Assembly: GCA_028286865.1 (NCBI GenBank)
Contig: JAQBQU010000019.1
Span: 6,930 to 70,929, forward strand
Origin: Candidatus Kaiserbacteria bacterium
GTDB taxonomy: Bacteria; Patescibacteriota; Minisyncoccia; Phycocordibacterales; UBA2100
DNA: 64,000 nucleotides
Direction of reading: 5' to 3'
The notes under the pieces were generated by a model that saw nothing but the letters and a program-made list of their open reading frames with translations, had not been told where the DNA came from and ran no database searches. Positions 56,751-64,000 of this stretch are shown in pieces; position 1 is the first letter of the stretch; each line of letters opens with the position of its first letter. The translations under genes were made by a program, and so were the position numbers.

Positions 56751-58283
56751 ATGAGAAAATATTTCAGTTTTTTTGTCGTTGCAGCATTTCTTGCGCTCCC
56801 TGCCGTATCGTCAGCCGCTGCATCTCCCAACTTTGAAGTGACGGGGTGGATCCCATATTGGCGTACCGCCACCGGCACCGCCGATGTGTTGCCGCACCTG
56901 AACGAGCTCACCGAAGTGAATCCTTTTGTATATACGATCAAATCCGACGGTACCTTCGTGGACAACGGCCCTTTGAACACCGAGCCGTGGACGAGCTTTA
57001 TCGCTGCCGCGCACGCGCAGAATGTCCGTGTCATCCCGAGCATCATGACGAGTAATTCCTCGCTCGTGCACACGCTGCTCAGCGACACCGTCCAGCGCAA
57101 TGCGCTCCAAGACCGCATCGTCGCACTCGTCAACGCCAATAATTTCGACGGCATTGATATCGACTTCGAAGGGAAGAGCGCTGACGACAAGGATTATTTT
57201 TCCGCCTTCCTTCAGGGGCTGCATGATCGTCTCGGTAATAAATTCCTGATGTGTACGATCGAAGCGCGCACGCCGATCGACGCCCGTTATTACGGTACCG
57301 AAGTTCCGCCGGACGCGGATATCTTTGCCAATGACCTTCCGAAGATCAATCAGTTCTGTGACCGTGTGCGCATCATGACCTACGATCAACAAGGGATCGA
57401 TCTCCAGCTTGCCGCTCAAGCGGAGTCGGGAGGGCAGCTCTATGCACCGGTCGCCGATCCGGCCTGGGTCACGAAAGTGGTCAATCTGATGGCAAAAGAC
57501 ATCGATCGTTCAAAGATGCTGATCGGCGTACCTACCTACGGGTATGAGTACGATGTGACCGCATATGCCAACAATCAATACACATACAACATTCTCTGGA
57601 CCTTCAACCCGGGATATGCGACCCCGATCGCAGCGCAATACGGCATCATTCCGAGCAGAAATGCGGCTGGGGAGCTTTTCTTCAGCTACACGCCGACCTC
57701 GTCGAGTACAGCGCCTACTGCTTACAATAATTCCGCTTCCGTCGCGGCAGCAGCATCTCTCTACGCCACACAATACAATTCACACCTCAACTTCCGCTTG
57801 ATGGACTGGCCCGATGCGCAGTCGGTGCAGACCAAGATCGATCTTGCCAGATCTCTCGGTGTCCGCGGCATCTCCATCTTCAAATTCGACGGCGGCGAAG
57901 ATCAGAATATTTGGAACGTGCTCAATGGCGTGAAGGGCACCACTGAGTCGAAGGTGACTGTCACCACTCCGACACCAACAACTCCGACTCCGACTCCGAC
58001 TCCGAGCACTCCGGTAGCAGGCACGCTCAGCCGCGGACTCGGCATTGGCACGGTAAACGCACAGGTACGAATTCTCCAGCAAATACTCAATAAAGATGCT
58101 GGCACCCGCGTATCTGCTTCGGGTGTCGGATCTTCGGGCCACGAGACCACATACTTCGGCCCCGCAACTCTGAAGGCCGTTCAGAAATTCCAGATCAAAT
58201 ACGGTATCGCCAAGCCGGGCAACGCGGGCTACGGCTACGTCGGCCCTGCGACTCGCGCGAAGATGAATAGTTTGAGCGCCTAA
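56751..58283 (+). CDS. Secreted glycoside hydrolase family 18 protein with a C-terminal peptidoglycan-binding domain
   Basis: Signal peptide, FDGIDIDFE (DxxDxDxE), PT-rich linker (TPTPTTPTPTPTPSTP) and a PG_binding_1-like C-terminus. Confidence 0.8.
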   Translation: MRKYFSFFVVAAFLALPAVSSAAASPNFEVTGWIPYWRTATGTADVLPHLNELTEVNPFVYTIKSDGTFVDNGPLNTEPWTSFIAAAHAQNVRVIPSIMTSNSSLVHTLLSDTVQRNALQDRIVALVNANNFDGIDIDFEGKSADDKDYFSAFLQGLHDRLGNKFLMCTIEARTPIDARYYGTEVPPDADIFANDLPKINQFCDRVRIMTYDQQGIDLQLAAQAESGGQLYAPVADPAWVTKVVNLMAKDIDRSKMLIGVPTYGYEYDVTAYANNQYTYNILWTFNPGYATPIAAQYGIIPSRNAAGELFFSYTPTSSSTAPTAYNNSASVAAAASLYATQYNSHLNFRLMDWPDAQSVQTKIDLARSLGVRGISIFKFDGGEDQNIWNVLNGVKGTTESKVTVTTPTPTTPTPTPTPSTPVAGTLSRGLGIGTVNAQVRILQQILNKDAGTRVSASGVGSSGHETTYFGPATLKAVQKFQIKYGIAKPGNAGYGYVGPATRAKMNSLSA

Positions 58284-58316
58284 ACGCTAGATTTTCACTG
58301 ATATACTTCCGCTTAT

Positions 58317-59585
58317 ATGTCGGAAGGAATGCCGCAGCCCAACAAAAGAAAATTCGACAAAGAATTGGAGTTCAATGCCGACCGCTGGGAGCGACAGGCA
58401 GAGAATCGCGGTATTTTCAGCAAAGAAAAGACCGCCGATGATTTTATGCGCGCTGAGGCAAAGCGCGATGATATTGATTTTGAGAAGAAGTACATAAAGG
58501 AGAGTGCAAAAGAATACGAAGTGTGGGAAGCGCATGCGCAACCGGTCCGGGAAGCATTTCTTCTGCAAGCAGAGAGTCCGGAGGATGTCGATTTCGTTAC
58601 GGTAAATATTTTTATGCAGGGCGGCATGCGCGCGGCGGGCATCGCCGGTGCAGCACTTGGTCAAGACATGGCGGGAGCAACATCCAAGACCGTCAATTAC
58701 GCAGTGGGTATTTCAAGCGGGGCAACTGTTGCGGCGCGATTCGTCGGAGGCCGCGAAGAGCTTTTGCGTGGAACGGCGATGCTAACGGGACCACTCGCTA
58801 AAAAAGAATTCATTTCTCCCCGTTTGGGCAACACGATCAATCTCCCGTATTTGAAAGATCTTGAAGAGAATGGAGAATATGCTATCGATCAGCAGAAAGT
58901 AAAAGATGCGCATTGCAAACTCTGGACGATCGTGACCGAGCCCATGAAGGGGGCTGAAGGGCCAAGGGTCCGCATCATTGATAGTAAGACGGTGGAGGAA
59001 GGCATGACGACAGCGACCGTCTCGAGCATGTCGATCCCACAGGTGACCGGGAAGATCCCAACGCTCGGAGGCGAGACGTTTTACGATGGTGGATTCGCCG
59101 CACTTCCGATCAAAGAGATCATCGAGAAAGTGCGCTCTGAAAATCCGAATAAAAAAGTTAAGGTACTTATTTACACCCAAGCGAGTTTTGATGGCATGGA
59201 GGACATAAAGCCGGCGTCAGCGGAAACACTGGGGGCAAAAATAATGCACGGCATCGCAACTCCTCTAAAGGGGCTCGGTTCGCTTGATCCGGATACCGTA
59301 CGACAATTAGCAAAAGGACTCGTTCTAAAAGAGAATCTCAGAAAGTCACTCGAAGCGATCGAGAAAGAGACCGATGCAGATATCGGGGTTATGTGGGCGC
59401 CTCCGACCAATTTGGGGATGACGAGTATCGATCCCGACGAATTGAAGATGGCGGTCAATGAATCTGCGCGCAATGCGATCAAGCTCTTTGGCGCAGAGCA
59501 GCCGGAGGAGCTGCCGGAATATGTGCCACAAAGAGATCAGCTCAAGAAAGCCATCGAGGAGTACAAACAGGCGAAAGCCGCGTAG
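58317..59585 (+). CDS. Patatin-like phospholipase with a ~100-aa charged N-terminal extension
   Basis: QGGMRAAG (oxyanion region), GISSGA (GxSxG) and YDGGF (catalytic Asp motif). Confidence 0.6.
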   Translation: MSEGMPQPNKRKFDKELEFNADRWERQAENRGIFSKEKTADDFMRAEAKRDDIDFEKKYIKESAKEYEVWEAHAQPVREAFLLQAESPEDVDFVTVNIFMQGGMRAAGIAGAALGQDMAGATSKTVNYAVGISSGATVAARFVGGREELLRGTAMLTGPLAKKEFISPRLGNTINLPYLKDLEENGEYAIDQQKVKDAHCKLWTIVTEPMKGAEGPRVRIIDSKTVEEGMTTATVSSMSIPQVTGKIPTLGGETFYDGGFAALPIKEIIEKVRSENPNKKVKVLIYTQASFDGMEDIKPASAETLGAKIMHGIATPLKGLGSLDPDTVRQLAKGLVLKENLRKSLEAIEKETDADIGVMWAPPTNLGMTSIDPDELKMAVNESARNAIKLFGAEQPEELPEYVPQRDQLKKAIEEYKQAKAA

Positions 59586-59628
59586 GAATGCGGATTTGTG
59601 CACTTTAGAAATAGTGTAGAATAAGCGC

Positions 59629-60372
59629 ATGACTGAAAACACCACCGCACCATTCGATTACTCAAAATTATTCGTTCCTGCCGCTATCGTTATCGCGGGT
59701 ATTATCATCGGCATATTTGCCATGATCGGCCTCTCTAAATTCGCTCCTGCTACTGCCGGAGGGACCGGCACGCAGCCGACCGTCGCGGTGAATATCAACG
59801 ATGTGAAGACCGACGGCGATCCGTTCATCGGCAATGCCAACGCTCCGGTCACGATAGCGTACTGGTCGGACTATCAGTGCCCGTTCTGTAAAGCAGTGGA
59901 AGTCGGCGGCGTGAACGGCATCAATATCGGCGCATCCATGCCGACTCTGATCAAGGACTACGTGAATACCGGCAAGCTCAAGATCGTCTTCAAGGACTAT
60001 CCGTTCTTGGGCAATGATTCGACCACGGCAGCGCTCTATGAGCATGCGATCTGGAAATTGTATCCAAGCAAGTTCTACCAGTGGCGCGAAGCGATGTTCA
60101 AGGCGCAGGACGCTGAAGGCGACACCGGATTCGGCAATGCCTCCACGATCGATACGCTCATCAAAACCATCGCCGGACTCGACGATGCCAAGATCAAGGC
60201 CGATGTCGCGGCGAATACTGCCGAGTATCAGAAGCAGATCGACGCCGACCGCGCCGAGGGCACTGCATTCGGCATCACCGGCACCCCGGGCTTCATCACC
60301 GGCACGACGCTCATCCCCGGCGCTGCTGAGCTTGCGACCTTTACGGCGGCTATTGATGCTCAACTGAAGTAA
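59629..60372 (+). CDS. DsbA-family thiol:disulfide oxidoreductase, membrane-anchored
   Basis: N-terminal TM and CPFC active site (YWSDYQCPFCKAVE). TAGAAT + 6 nt + ATG. Confidence 0.8.
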   Translation: MTENTTAPFDYSKLFVPAAIVIAGIIIGIFAMIGLSKFAPATAGGTGTQPTVAVNINDVKTDGDPFIGNANAPVTIAYWSDYQCPFCKAVEVGGVNGINIGASMPTLIKDYVNTGKLKIVFKDYPFLGNDSTTAALYEHAIWKLYPSKFYQWREAMFKAQDAEGDTGFGNASTIDTLIKTIAGLDDAKIKADVAANTAEYQKQIDADRAEGTAFGITGTPGFITGTTLIPGAAELATFTAAIDAQLK

Positions 60373-60384
60373 CGAGCGCGCTCG

Positions 60385-60476
60385 GTGGCAGTGTCTTTTG
60401 GAGATCAACTTTTTTCTGCTGAAAAAAGTACTATCCTCGCGCCAAGCGCTGCGGGGTCTCCAAAAGACACTGCCAC
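60385..60476. repeat. 92-nt element bounded by perfect 20-bp inverted repeats
   Basis: GTGGCAGTGTCTTTTGGAGA (60385-60404) and TCTCCAAAAGACACTGCCAC (60457-60476). An inner hairpin, ACTTTTTT-ctgctg-AAAAAAGT, lies in the 52-nt loop. Confidence 0.75.
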
Positions 60477-60607
60477 ACTCGCTTGGGCCGGGCATTTGCT
60501 GAGCGGAGACGAGTGGGAACGTAGAATTGACTTTTGAGCTGAAATAGCGCACAATTGAGCCACGAGGTGCCTCACGGGAGGCCTTTCTTTTTAGATAATA
60601 TTCACCT

Positions 60608-62395
60608 ATGGAAATTCGTAACATCGCTATCATCGCGCACGTCGACCACGGAAAGACGACCCTTACCGATGCCATTCTCAAGCAGACCGGCGTCGGCGAA
60701 GAGGGCGTATCTATGGACTCCAACGCCCTCGAACTCGAGCGCGGCATCACCATTTATTCCAAGAATGCCGCCATTTTCTATAAAGACACCAAGATCAACA
60801 TCGTCGACACTCCCGGTCACGCCGACTTCGGTTCTGAGGTCGAGCGCGTGCTCCGCTCTATCGACTCGGTACTGCTCGTCGTCGACGCCCAGGAGGGCCC
60901 GATGCCGCAGACGCGATTCGTGCTCAAGAAGTCCCTCGAACTCGGCCTTCGTCCTATCGTCGTCATCAACAAGATCGACAAGCCGGCCGCCGACCCGAAG
61001 CGCGCAGAAGAGCAGGTGCTCGAACTCTTCCTTGAGCTCGGGGCCTCAGACCTTCAGGCGGAATTCCCGGTCGTCTACGCTATCGGCAAGCAGGGTATCG
61101 CCAAGCGCAAGCTCGATGATGAATCCACAGACCTCTTTCCGCTCCTCGATGTCGTGCTTGAGCATGTGAAGCCTGCTTCGGAAGGCCACTCGGCCACCGA
61201 GCCGCTTCGCGCGCAGCCGTTCAACCTCGGATACGACAACTTCCTCGGCCGTCTCGCTATCACCCGCATCTACGACGGTACGCTCAAGATGGGCGACACC
61301 GTATTTGTGAAGCAGCCTTCCGGCGAGACCCGCCCGGGCAAGATCACCAAGATGCACACCTTCCGCGGACTCAAGAAAGAGGAGGCGACCGAGGTGCAGG
61401 CAGGTGACATCGTGCTCATCGCCGGACTCTCGGACATTTTCATCGGAGAGACCATCACCAACGACCAGAACGTCGAACCGCTTCCTGCCATCGCTATCGA
61501 TGAACCGACCATCACATTGAACTTCCTCGTCAACAGCTCGCCGTTCGGCGGACGCGAAGGCAAATTCGTCACGACCCGCCAGATACGCGACCGCCTCGAA
61601 AAAGAGCTCGAGATCAACGTGGGCCTCAAAGTAGATTTCTCCGGAGGCGACACCTTCAAGGTCTCAGGCCGCGGCGAACTCCACATCGCGATCCTCCTCG
61701 AGAACATGCGCCGCGAAGGATTCGAACTCCAGGTCTCGCAGCCGCAGGTCATCATCCGTGAAGAGAACGGTGTGAAGATGGAACCGTACGAGGAGGTCAT
61801 CGTTGATACGCCGACCGAGTACCAGGGCCCGATCATCGAGCGCTTGGGTACCCGTAAATTCGTCATGAAAGACATGAAGGTCCACGACAACACGGTGCGC
61901 CTCATCTTCGAGGGCCCGACCCGCGGACTCTTGGGCTACAAAAATCAATTCGTGCTCGACACCAAGGGCGAGGGAATTCTCTCGAGCCGCGTCATCGGAT
62001 TCAAGGAACACGCAGGCGAGATCAAGAAGAAGCAGGTAGGCTCGATGATCTCGATGGCCTCGGGCAAAGCGCTCGGCTTCTCGCTGTGGAATCTCCAGGA
62101 TCGCGGCGTCTTGTACATCAAGCCTGCTACGGAAGTGTACGAAGGCATGGTCATCGGCAATACATCCAAGGGCGAAGAGATGATGGTGAACCCTACAAAA
62201 GGTAAACAGCTCACCAACATGCGCTCGAAGGGTACCGACGAAGCGCTCAACCTTGTCCCACCATTTGAGATCACGATCGAACGCGGCCTTGAGGTCATGG
62301 GCGAAGACGAATATCTCGAGATCACTCCGGTCTCCGTGCGTATGCGAAAGCAGTTCCTCACCGAGAACGACCGCATCAAGGCTCGCCGCAACTAA
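60608..62395 (+). CDS. typA: Translational GTPase TypA/BipA
   Basis: [30 protein letters not shown] and the BipA-type C-terminal domain. Confidence 0.95.
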   Translation: MEIRNIAIIAHVDHGKTTLTDAILKQTGVGEEGVSMDSNALELERGITIYSKNAAIFYKDTKINIVDTPGHADFGSEVERVLRSIDSVLLVVDAQEGPMPQTRFVLKKSLELGLRPIVVINKIDKPAADPKRAEEQVLELFLELGASDLQAEFPVVYAIGKQGIAKRKLDDESTDLFPLLDVVLEHVKPASEGHSATEPLRAQPFNLGYDNFLGRLAITRIYDGTLKMGDTVFVKQPSGETRPGKITKMHTFRGLKKEEATEVQAGDIVLIAGLSDIFIGETITNDQNVEPLPAIAIDEPTITLNFLVNSSPFGGREGKFVTTRQIRDRLEKELEINVGLKVDFSGGDTFKVSGRGELHIAILLENMRREGFELQVSQPQVIIREENGVKMEPYEEVIVDTPTEYQGPIIERLGTRKFVMKDMKVHDNTVRLIFEGPTRGLLGYKNQFVLDTKGEGILSSRVIGFKEHAGEIKKKQVGSMISMASGKALGFSLWNLQDRGVLYIKPATEVYEGMVIGNTSKGEEMMVNPTKGKQLTNMRSKGTDEALNLVPPFEITIERGLEVMGEDEYLEITPVSVRMRKQFLTENDRIKARRN

Positions 62396-62418
62396 CCCCG
62401 ATCATTCAGTGTTTGATC

Positions 62419-62447
62419 CATGAGGCGCGACTTTGTCGCGCCTCATG
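62419..62447 (+). terminator. Hairpin after typA
   Basis: CATGAGGCGCGAC-ttt-GTCGCGCCTCATG, a 13-bp stem with no clear T run. Confidence 0.55.
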
Positions 62448-62479
62448 ATGTTGTAATCCACACTTGCTATACTTATTGC

Positions 62480-62878
62480 ATGACAAACAAACCAATGCCC
62501 GAGACCGAGGAACAGTGGCAGCAGATGCTCACTCCCGAGCAGTATAAAATTCTGCGTGAACGGGGAACGGAAGCGCCATTTAGCGGCGAATACGTCCATG
62601 AGAAAGCCGACGGCACGTATGCGTGCGCCGCGTGCGGCAATCCGCTTTTCGATTCAAGCACCAAATTCGATTCAGGTTCGGGCTGGCCGTCTTTCGATAG
62701 CGCGCTCCCCGGAGCGGTCGAGACGCACCGCGACAGCGATCATGGGATGGAGCGCACCGAGATCACGTGCGCCCGCTGCGGTTCGCACCTCGGCCATGTC
62801 TTCGACGACGGCCCGAAAGAGACCACCGGCAAACGCTACTGTATCAATTCAGTCTGTTTAGATTTAGAGGAAAAGTAG
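62480..62878 (+). CDS. msrB: Peptide-methionine (R)-S-oxide reductase MsrB (cytoplasmic, Zn-type CxxC pairs)
   Basis: CAACGNPLF...GSGWPSF...[16 protein letters not shown]...RYCINS. TATACT + 6 nt + ATG 62480 (the track starts at 62420). Confidence 0.9.
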   Translation: MTNKPMPETEEQWQQMLTPEQYKILRERGTEAPFSGEYVHEKADGTYACAACGNPLFDSSTKFDSGSGWPSFDSALPGAVETHRDSDHGMERTEITCARCGSHLGHVFDDGPKETTGKRYCINSVCLDLEEK

Positions 62879-62941
62879 CGTAGAGATAGTGCGACCGAGC
62901 AAGCGTGCGAGGAAGTGCCAAAGGCCAGTAGGCCGTGGCGT

Positions 62942-62977
62942 ATAAACTCCGTGTGTCTCGATCTGGAAGAGAAGTAA
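62942..62977 (+). pseudogene. Second copy of the msrB 3' end, in frame and synonymously recoded ([11 protein letters not shown])
   Basis: ATAAACTCCGTGTGTCTCGATCTGGAAGAGAAGTAA encodes the same 11 aa + stop as 62843-62878 (ATCAATTCAGTCTGTTTAGATTTAGAGGAAAAGTAG), exactly 99 nt downstream. Confidence 0.7.
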
Positions 62978-62984
62978 AAAAGAT

Positions 62985-63008
62985 ACGGCGGCCTCGCGAG
63001 GCCGCCGT
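62985..63008. terminator. Bidirectional terminator
   Basis: ACGGCGGCC-tcgcga-GGCCGCCGT, with an A run upstream that reads as a T run for the minus-strand gene. Confidence 0.75.
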
Positions 63009-63023
63009 CAGTCTTTCATCCGA

Positions 63024-63389
63024 TCATGTCGATCTCGCCCGCACGTCCTCGAAGTCGAGATTGTAGACCGCGCAGAGACGGCGTACATAGCGGGTCACCA
63101 GGCTCTTGTCGCTCCTGAGCGCGAGCGCACCGGTCTTCTCGAGGATGTCCGCGGTCGCGACGCCGCGTCCTATAGCTGCAGCGCGGGGCCCGGGGTTCAC
63201 GGTGCGATATTTCATGACGAGCAGGAATGCCTGCCGAAGCGCAGTTGTATAGAGGCCGGACTCCGGTGCACGGAGCGTATCGACCGTGGTATTACCGAGA
63301 GCCGCCAGTGTATGCATTGCTGCGTGGAGATCCGGCGGAGGTGTCTTGCTGCGCTCCGGCGCAGCGGCCGTGGGAGCGCGCGAAACCAT
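63024..63389 (-). CDS. Hypothetical protein (121 aa)
   Basis: AGGAG lies 7 nt before the Met at 63389. The longer track ORFs (to 63503, and the 63212..63757 frame) lack start signals. No family recognised. Confidence 0.4.
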   Translation of the reverse strand: MVSRAPTAAAPERSKTPPPDLHAAMHTLAALGNTTVDTLRAPESGLYTTALRQAFLLVMKYRTVNPGPRAAAIGRGVATADILEKTGALALRSDKSLVTRYVRRLCAVYNLDFEDVRARST

Positions 63390-63509
63390 GGTATTACTCC
63401 TGCCACATGAGGGGGTCTTCCGCCATAGTACCCATCCGCCCGTTTTGTGCCAGCGGCATGCGCCAACATGAGCCGTGCTAGCATGGGCGTATACCAGTAG
63501 CACATCTCT

Positions 63510-63998
63510 ATGAATACAAAAACTATCTCAGCGATCATCGTTGTAATCGTCCTTATTGCGCTGGCATACTTCTTCTTGGGAGTGAAGCGCACGGTGCCTG
63601 AAACCGCTACGACCGGTACTTCGACGGAAGCGACGACGACCATAAAGGGGAAAATGACCGCATCTGCACTCGCGGGCGCCCGCGACCCGAAGATGGCAGG
63701 CACGTGGCAAGCGACTGACGATGCCAAAGCGACGCGCACATTCTCAATGGACGGCACGGTGACCGACCGCTACGCGGGCGATGCATCAGCGACCGACACC
63801 GGCACGTGGGAGGTCGTCGATCCGACGAAAGAGGTGATCGGGGTCCCGGCGGAAAGCGTCGCGGGGATGACGGTCCTTCGCATGAATTTCGAGCACTCCG
63901 GTGCATTCTTCTACACGGTGCTTTCTCTCACCGACAACGGTCTGGAGCTGAGCTATCTCGGTCGCGGCAATACGCTCTCATACACCAAGGTGAAATAA
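63510..63998 (+). CDS. Membrane-anchored hypothetical protein
   Basis: N-terminal TM (ISAIIVVIVLIALAYFFLG) and a T-rich linker. TAGCAC + 6 nt + ATG. Confidence 0.5.
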   Translation: MNTKTISAIIVVIVLIALAYFFLGVKRTVPETATTGTSTEATTTIKGKMTASALAGARDPKMAGTWQATDDAKATRTFSMDGTVTDRYAGDASATDTGTWEVVDPTKEVIGVPAESVAGMTVLRMNFEHSGAFFYTVLSLTDNGLELSYLGRGNTLSYTKVK

Positions 63999-64000
63999 AA

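Noticed and set aside
62843-62977. The msrB end duplication as a diversity-generating retroelement TR/VR pair.
   Set aside because: The differences are not adenine-specific, they are all synonymous, and no reverse transcriptase gene is present in the window.

Overview
The window is a moderately GC-rich bacterial chromosome segment using the standard genetic code. TGA, TAA and TAG all terminate well-conserved genes, and an RF2 gene is present. Gene content suggests a small-genome, possibly Patescibacteria/CPR-like organism, but that is an inference. From 1 to 9.2 kb there is a type IV pilus block (pilT 3' end, pilC, pilin, prepilin peptidase, four pseudopilins) followed by ligA and gatCA. From 9.9 to 15.1 kb there are five tRNAs (initiator-like Met, CAT, Asp, Thr-GGT, Thr-CGT) around a 4-gene operon (IMPase-like, NTase-fold, NRAMP, HD). 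Next come prfB, ftsEX, pyrG and an EEP nuclease. After tRNA-Gln (24038-24108), an accessory region runs to about 36.4 kb. It begins with a 114-nt tRNA-Gln-derived structured element. A visibly AT-richer, same-strand array of small unrelated genes follows (PNPOx-like, S51-like, NUDIX, HIT, DHFR-like, YciI), separated by a conserved ~22-nt repeat. After that come regulator/effector pairs (HxlR, ArsR, ECF sigma). The remainder holds housekeeping and stress genes (engB, two msrB, DEAD-box helicase, nfi, typA) and a run of predicted secreted or surface proteins (PG-binding/IPT/PKD proteins, GH18, patatin-like, DsbA). I found no rRNA, no CRISPR array, and no transposase or integrase ORF. The observations I rate highest are:
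- the repeat-delimited gene array next to tRNA-Gln;
- the tRNA-Gln-like element;
- an in-frame, synonymously recoded duplication of the msrB 3' end;
- acceptor-stem-mimic hairpins upstream of tRNAs;
- a widespread leaderless promoter layout (-10 hexamer, then 6 nt, then ATG).
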